This document shows, piece after piece, positions 60,621-64,000 of a stretch of 64,000 nucleotides of DNA. The notes under the pieces were generated by a model, which was given only the letters and a program-made list of their open reading frames with translations, did not search any database and was not told the origin of the DNA. Within the stretch, counting starts at the first letter, position 1. Every line of letters starts with the position of its first letter. The translations under genes were made by a program, and so were the position numbers. This DNA is from Oopsacas minuta. Taxonomy: Eukaryota > Animalia > Porifera. The stretch spans positions 62,001 through 126,000 of the forward strand of contig JAKMXF010000303.1 of assembly GCA_024704765.1 (NCBI GenBank), in the 5' to 3' direction.

Positions 60621-61661
60621 TCAGGGTCTCTGATATAGAGAAGAGTTAGTCAGATAGAGCGAAGGGTCCATGGGTGGGATCTGGGAAGAGGTCTGCATGT
60701 AGGGTTGATTCGGTCTCATCATGCTAGGATAAGGAGGATAGAAGAAGTCATCACGGGTCGAGTGAGCTTGCTCCTGACTGGTGGGAGTACTGTTGTCATT
60801 CTCTTCCGATTGTTGAGGTAGACTAACAGTTAGGTTGGGAGAAGTAACCTCCTGCTTTGGGAAGGAAGATAGATTATGATACACGTGAGATGGCTCAATA
60901 ATACCAGCATACTGTTGAGGTGTCCCGTATGTTCCGTCTTGGTAGCAAAAAGGGTGGTGATCACTACTACGGAACCCTTTAGCAAAAGCGTTGTACTTGA
61001 TCTTCAGTTTGGTGATCTTAGGATTCTGATAGGCTGTTACAGCATAGAATACAGTCTCTTTGAATGTATGTGTACTGAAACTTGATGGTTTTCTGACACA
61101 CTTGTCATCTGTCACGTCCATCAAGACTATGTGGATACGTGCTTGGTATTTGTGCATTGAGTTCAGGATAATATAACCGTTCTGGTCGAGGTTGTTGTTA
61201 GTTAACTTCATTTTCTGGAAAGATATCGGCTGTTTCATCCAATCCCTGCCCACGCTGGGGGAGTCTGGGTGTATGTAGAGGCGGCCTTGTACCGGGGGGT
61301 CAGCCTTCCCTGCAACCACCCACTCGTTCTCATGGTACTTGTAGCGATTATCGTCATAAGGCGCCAGATCCATAACCATAATATAGCGCTCGTCCATTTC
61401 TAGACCCAAAACACGGATACGAATTTCTGGGAACATTCTTCTACCCGCCTTGGTGATAATCATCTCTGTGTTCTCCGTGTGGAATTCATCCCATAAAGGA
61501 TTATTCTCCAGTACTACACGGACATTTGAAGACAGACCGTTTGATATTTCATGATCAAGAATTGGTGCCAATGATTCCAAACTATTATTAGAAATGGACT
61601 GAATTGGATCAACAAATTCACTCTCAGAATTATGAGCCTCTACTAGGGATTCAGCCATCAC
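60621..61661 (-). CDS. T-box transcription factor (346 aa, single ORF)
   Basis: Complete T-box: LWDEFH..TEMIITKAGRRMFP..WVVAGKADP..RLYIHPDSP..WMKQPISFQKMKLTNN..IILNSMHKYQ..F.AVTAYQN..ITKLKIKYNAFAKGFR. Subfamily not assignable by eye. Confidence 0.95.
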   Translation of the reverse strand: MMAESLVEAHNSESEFVDPIQSISNNSLESLAPILDHEISNGLSSNVRVVLENNPLWDEFHTENTEMIITKAGRRMFPEIRIRVLGLEMDERYIMVMDLAPYDDNRYKYHENEWVVAGKADPPVQGRLYIHPDSPSVGRDWMKQPISFQKMKLTNNNLDQNGYIILNSMHKYQARIHIVLMDVTDDKCVRKPSSFSTHTFKETVFYAVTAYQNPKITKLKIKYNAFAKGFRSSDHHPFCYQDGTYGTPQQYAGIIEPSHVYHNLSSFPKQEVTSPNLTVSLPQQSEENDNSTPTSQEQAHSTRDDFFYPPYPSMMRPNQPYMQTSSQIPPMDPSLYLTNSSLYQRP

Positions 61662-62288
61662 TAACAGTACTAATGTAATTATTGCCAGATAATTTGCAAA
61701 GTTGCTAATTCGAAGCAGCAGAACGTTAATTAATAGGTTTATACAATTTAATTTAGTTGAGTGAGTTTAAATAGCTGCTGAGAGTATCATATGCTCAACA
61801 GCTCTGTAATTAGCATGTTACAAGATGAATACGATCCTCGCATCCCTTCATGTACATACATTGAATACTTGGATTTAGCAGTGATAAATTGGAGGATGCT
61901 TGGGAAGTAATATTCCTCAATCCTTGTTTTTGCGTCATCAGCTGCTAAAAGATTAATAACCAAAATATTTTTTACCTCAAATAAATGTACATTTTATTAT
62001 GGTAATTAGATAATGAATTTATTCATAAATAGCAATTATTAAATATCTTCTGTGGTTACCACTACCATATTCTGCATTTTAAGAAATACAAAACTGATAA
62101 TGTGATAAATGCAAATTTTCAATCACTAGAATAGATTGCATTAGTTGCTGACAACTATGCGTATATCCCATGGCCCTTTCGCAAGCAGTGACTGACTGCT
62201 TGTGATTGGGGTATACTGTTACTGTAAGTATTGTTGTCTGAGTGATTCACTGCAGTGTCACGGTTACGAAAGACTAGAGGGTCATTAA

Positions 62289-62900
62289 CCCTTTTGTCGT
62301 TCGTGACCCAAATTTTGGGAATTGCTGAATTAGAGTCAAAATTTAAGAATTGTACCGTTTATTTCCGGAAAATAGCTATCTGAAAAATTGTAAAATTCAT
62401 AAAATTGAAGTTGAAATATGAAGTTAGCATAACATCATTTGGTCTAAGAATAAACACTTAATGCAGAAAGGCCTTGAAGCAGAAGATCCCTTATTATATT
62501 ATCAAGAGCTCTAATATCAAAAACATATATTACATAGTTATAGTAAGAGCTATTCGAAATGACTTCACTAGTATAGAGCCTAACTGACTGGACACTGCCA
62601 CACCAAAGTGTTATCAATGCAAACAGGGGTTCATCCAGGTTCTCAGGGTCATATGCCTAAAATGGATTCTAATTCATTTCATACGCTTAGACTATACATT
62701 TTGCATTATGATATAGGAGTTTCTGCCTATAGAGAGAAAATTTTCATACACCTAGATATATATTTGCCCAAATTTATGCTCCTGTAGGCGCGCCGCATAC
62801 GCCGGAATAACACCCTGAAAGTAACTAATCACTGATAAACAAATGCTCCCATGCTTTACAATGCAATGTGGGTTTAACTGGTACTTTTGTAGATGACGGG
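62289..62900. mobile_element. Possible non-autonomous piggyBac-like element
   Basis: TTAA|CCCTTT at 62285 and GGG|TTAA at ~62898-62904. The TIR match beyond CCC/GGG is poor. Confidence 0.3.
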
Positions 62901-63585
62901 TTAATTCGGATTATTACAAGATAAACAAATATGAGACTGAAGAGAATAGCGAAACAAATTTTAGAAACAATTGCTGAAAATTACAATACTAATATGGCAT
63001 TAGGATATTTCGAACAGATCGAGTTCTTGATTTGGTTTCATTGCAGTACAAAGCAAAGTCTAAACCCAATAAATGTATGTGGAATTTAGTATTAGGAGAA
63101 TAGGACCCTGGCCTGCAGAGTATTTTAATTAATCTTGCCCTGAAGTCCAATCTGTAAGAAAAGTGCCTGTATAATATATCCCGACACTCGCTTTGGGTAG
63201 TAATTTTACTAGTAAAATGTTGGAGTTCTATTCCCCAATTCTAGCTGAATGTGTTATTGTGTGTATCTTCGTTACCGATGTTATAATGTAAATTAGGGAA
63301 CATCTTATTTCACCTCCTTCATGTCACATATTAGCGCAATTTTCAAAAATATATCTAGCATAATTAGTTGAATTATTTTCAATAATTAAGATACTCTACA
63401 CTGTAAAACTATTGAAGACATAGTGATGCTAGTATGACCTCTGGTATATCTACTTACTAGCATCACACATTCATTGGTTGTAAACAAGTATTATTTGGTG
63501 TAATTAATTCTAACAAGCAATCCGCCTGGATATTATATTTATGAAATTGAGTAGAGAGAACTTGCCTAAACACAATAAATAATTC

Positions 63586-63625
63586 ACACTTCCAGACACT
63601 TCCAGACACTTCCAGACACTCCCAA
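63586..63625. repeat. 10-bp tandem repeat
   Basis: ACACTTCCAG three times plus one degenerate unit. Confidence 0.8.
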
Positions 63626-64000
63626 TACATTGATAGTATCCATTTGAATATTAATTATTAAACCACTTAAGTTACCTATTATTAATTCAAATTGACAGAG
63701 GTTTATTTCATAGAATCTTTGGGATAAATGAGCAGTGGTGTAATGAGAGTTTTAGTGACGTCTGGGTCTTATATCAAGTGAAGGAATGGAACAAATGCTG
63801 TGAGATATATCTATGCTTGTGGTAGTCATGACAAGATTGCCAACATATACTATCTTTCAAAATTATTTGTATGTGAGTATATTTGGTCGTGTAGCGACAA
63901 TAAGCACTACTAAATATAGCAGTTTAATACTTAACCTGCCAAATCTGATTCACCAAGCTGTCGTGCAGCGAACTGGCAAGCGAAGCGAGTAGATTGTATT

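Overview
Eukaryotic (animal) nuclear DNA: AT-rich, gene-dense, with few short GT-AG introns. There are no prokaryotic features and no rRNA, tRNA or CRISPR array that I can support. A compact early-branching animal such as a glass sponge is consistent with this, but that is inference only. Genes in order: 3' end of KDM8/JMJD5; a decayed carbohydrate sulfotransferase; TANGO6; STUB1/CHIP; a 4-exon DCAF5-like WD40 gene carrying two complete single-exon genes in its introns (a same-strand 861-aa FHAD1-like coiled-coil gene and antisense PAF1); STMP1; a decayed NHL-repeat gene; a full-length 3.8-kb Mutator-like transposon with a frameshifted transposase; a small membrane ORF; WDR18; FAM210B; an 8-exon ELOVL; POLR3D; an unannotated 6-exon Pro/Ser-rich gene whose largest intron holds a very divergent, tail-less alpha-like tubulin on the opposite strand; a ~9-kb gene-poor stretch; a calmodulin-like gene with degenerate EF hands; 11-exon SEC24A/B; and an intronless T-box gene. 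About 20 small TIR elements (mostly TA-flanked, CAGT-ended MITEs and foldbacks) are scattered throughout. The best candidates for new biology are the nested divergent tubulin, the doubly nested DCAF5 locus, and TE-splicing interactions in ELOVL and SEC24. Exon models were built by hand from splice consensus and phase, and family calls come from recalled motifs, not database searches.
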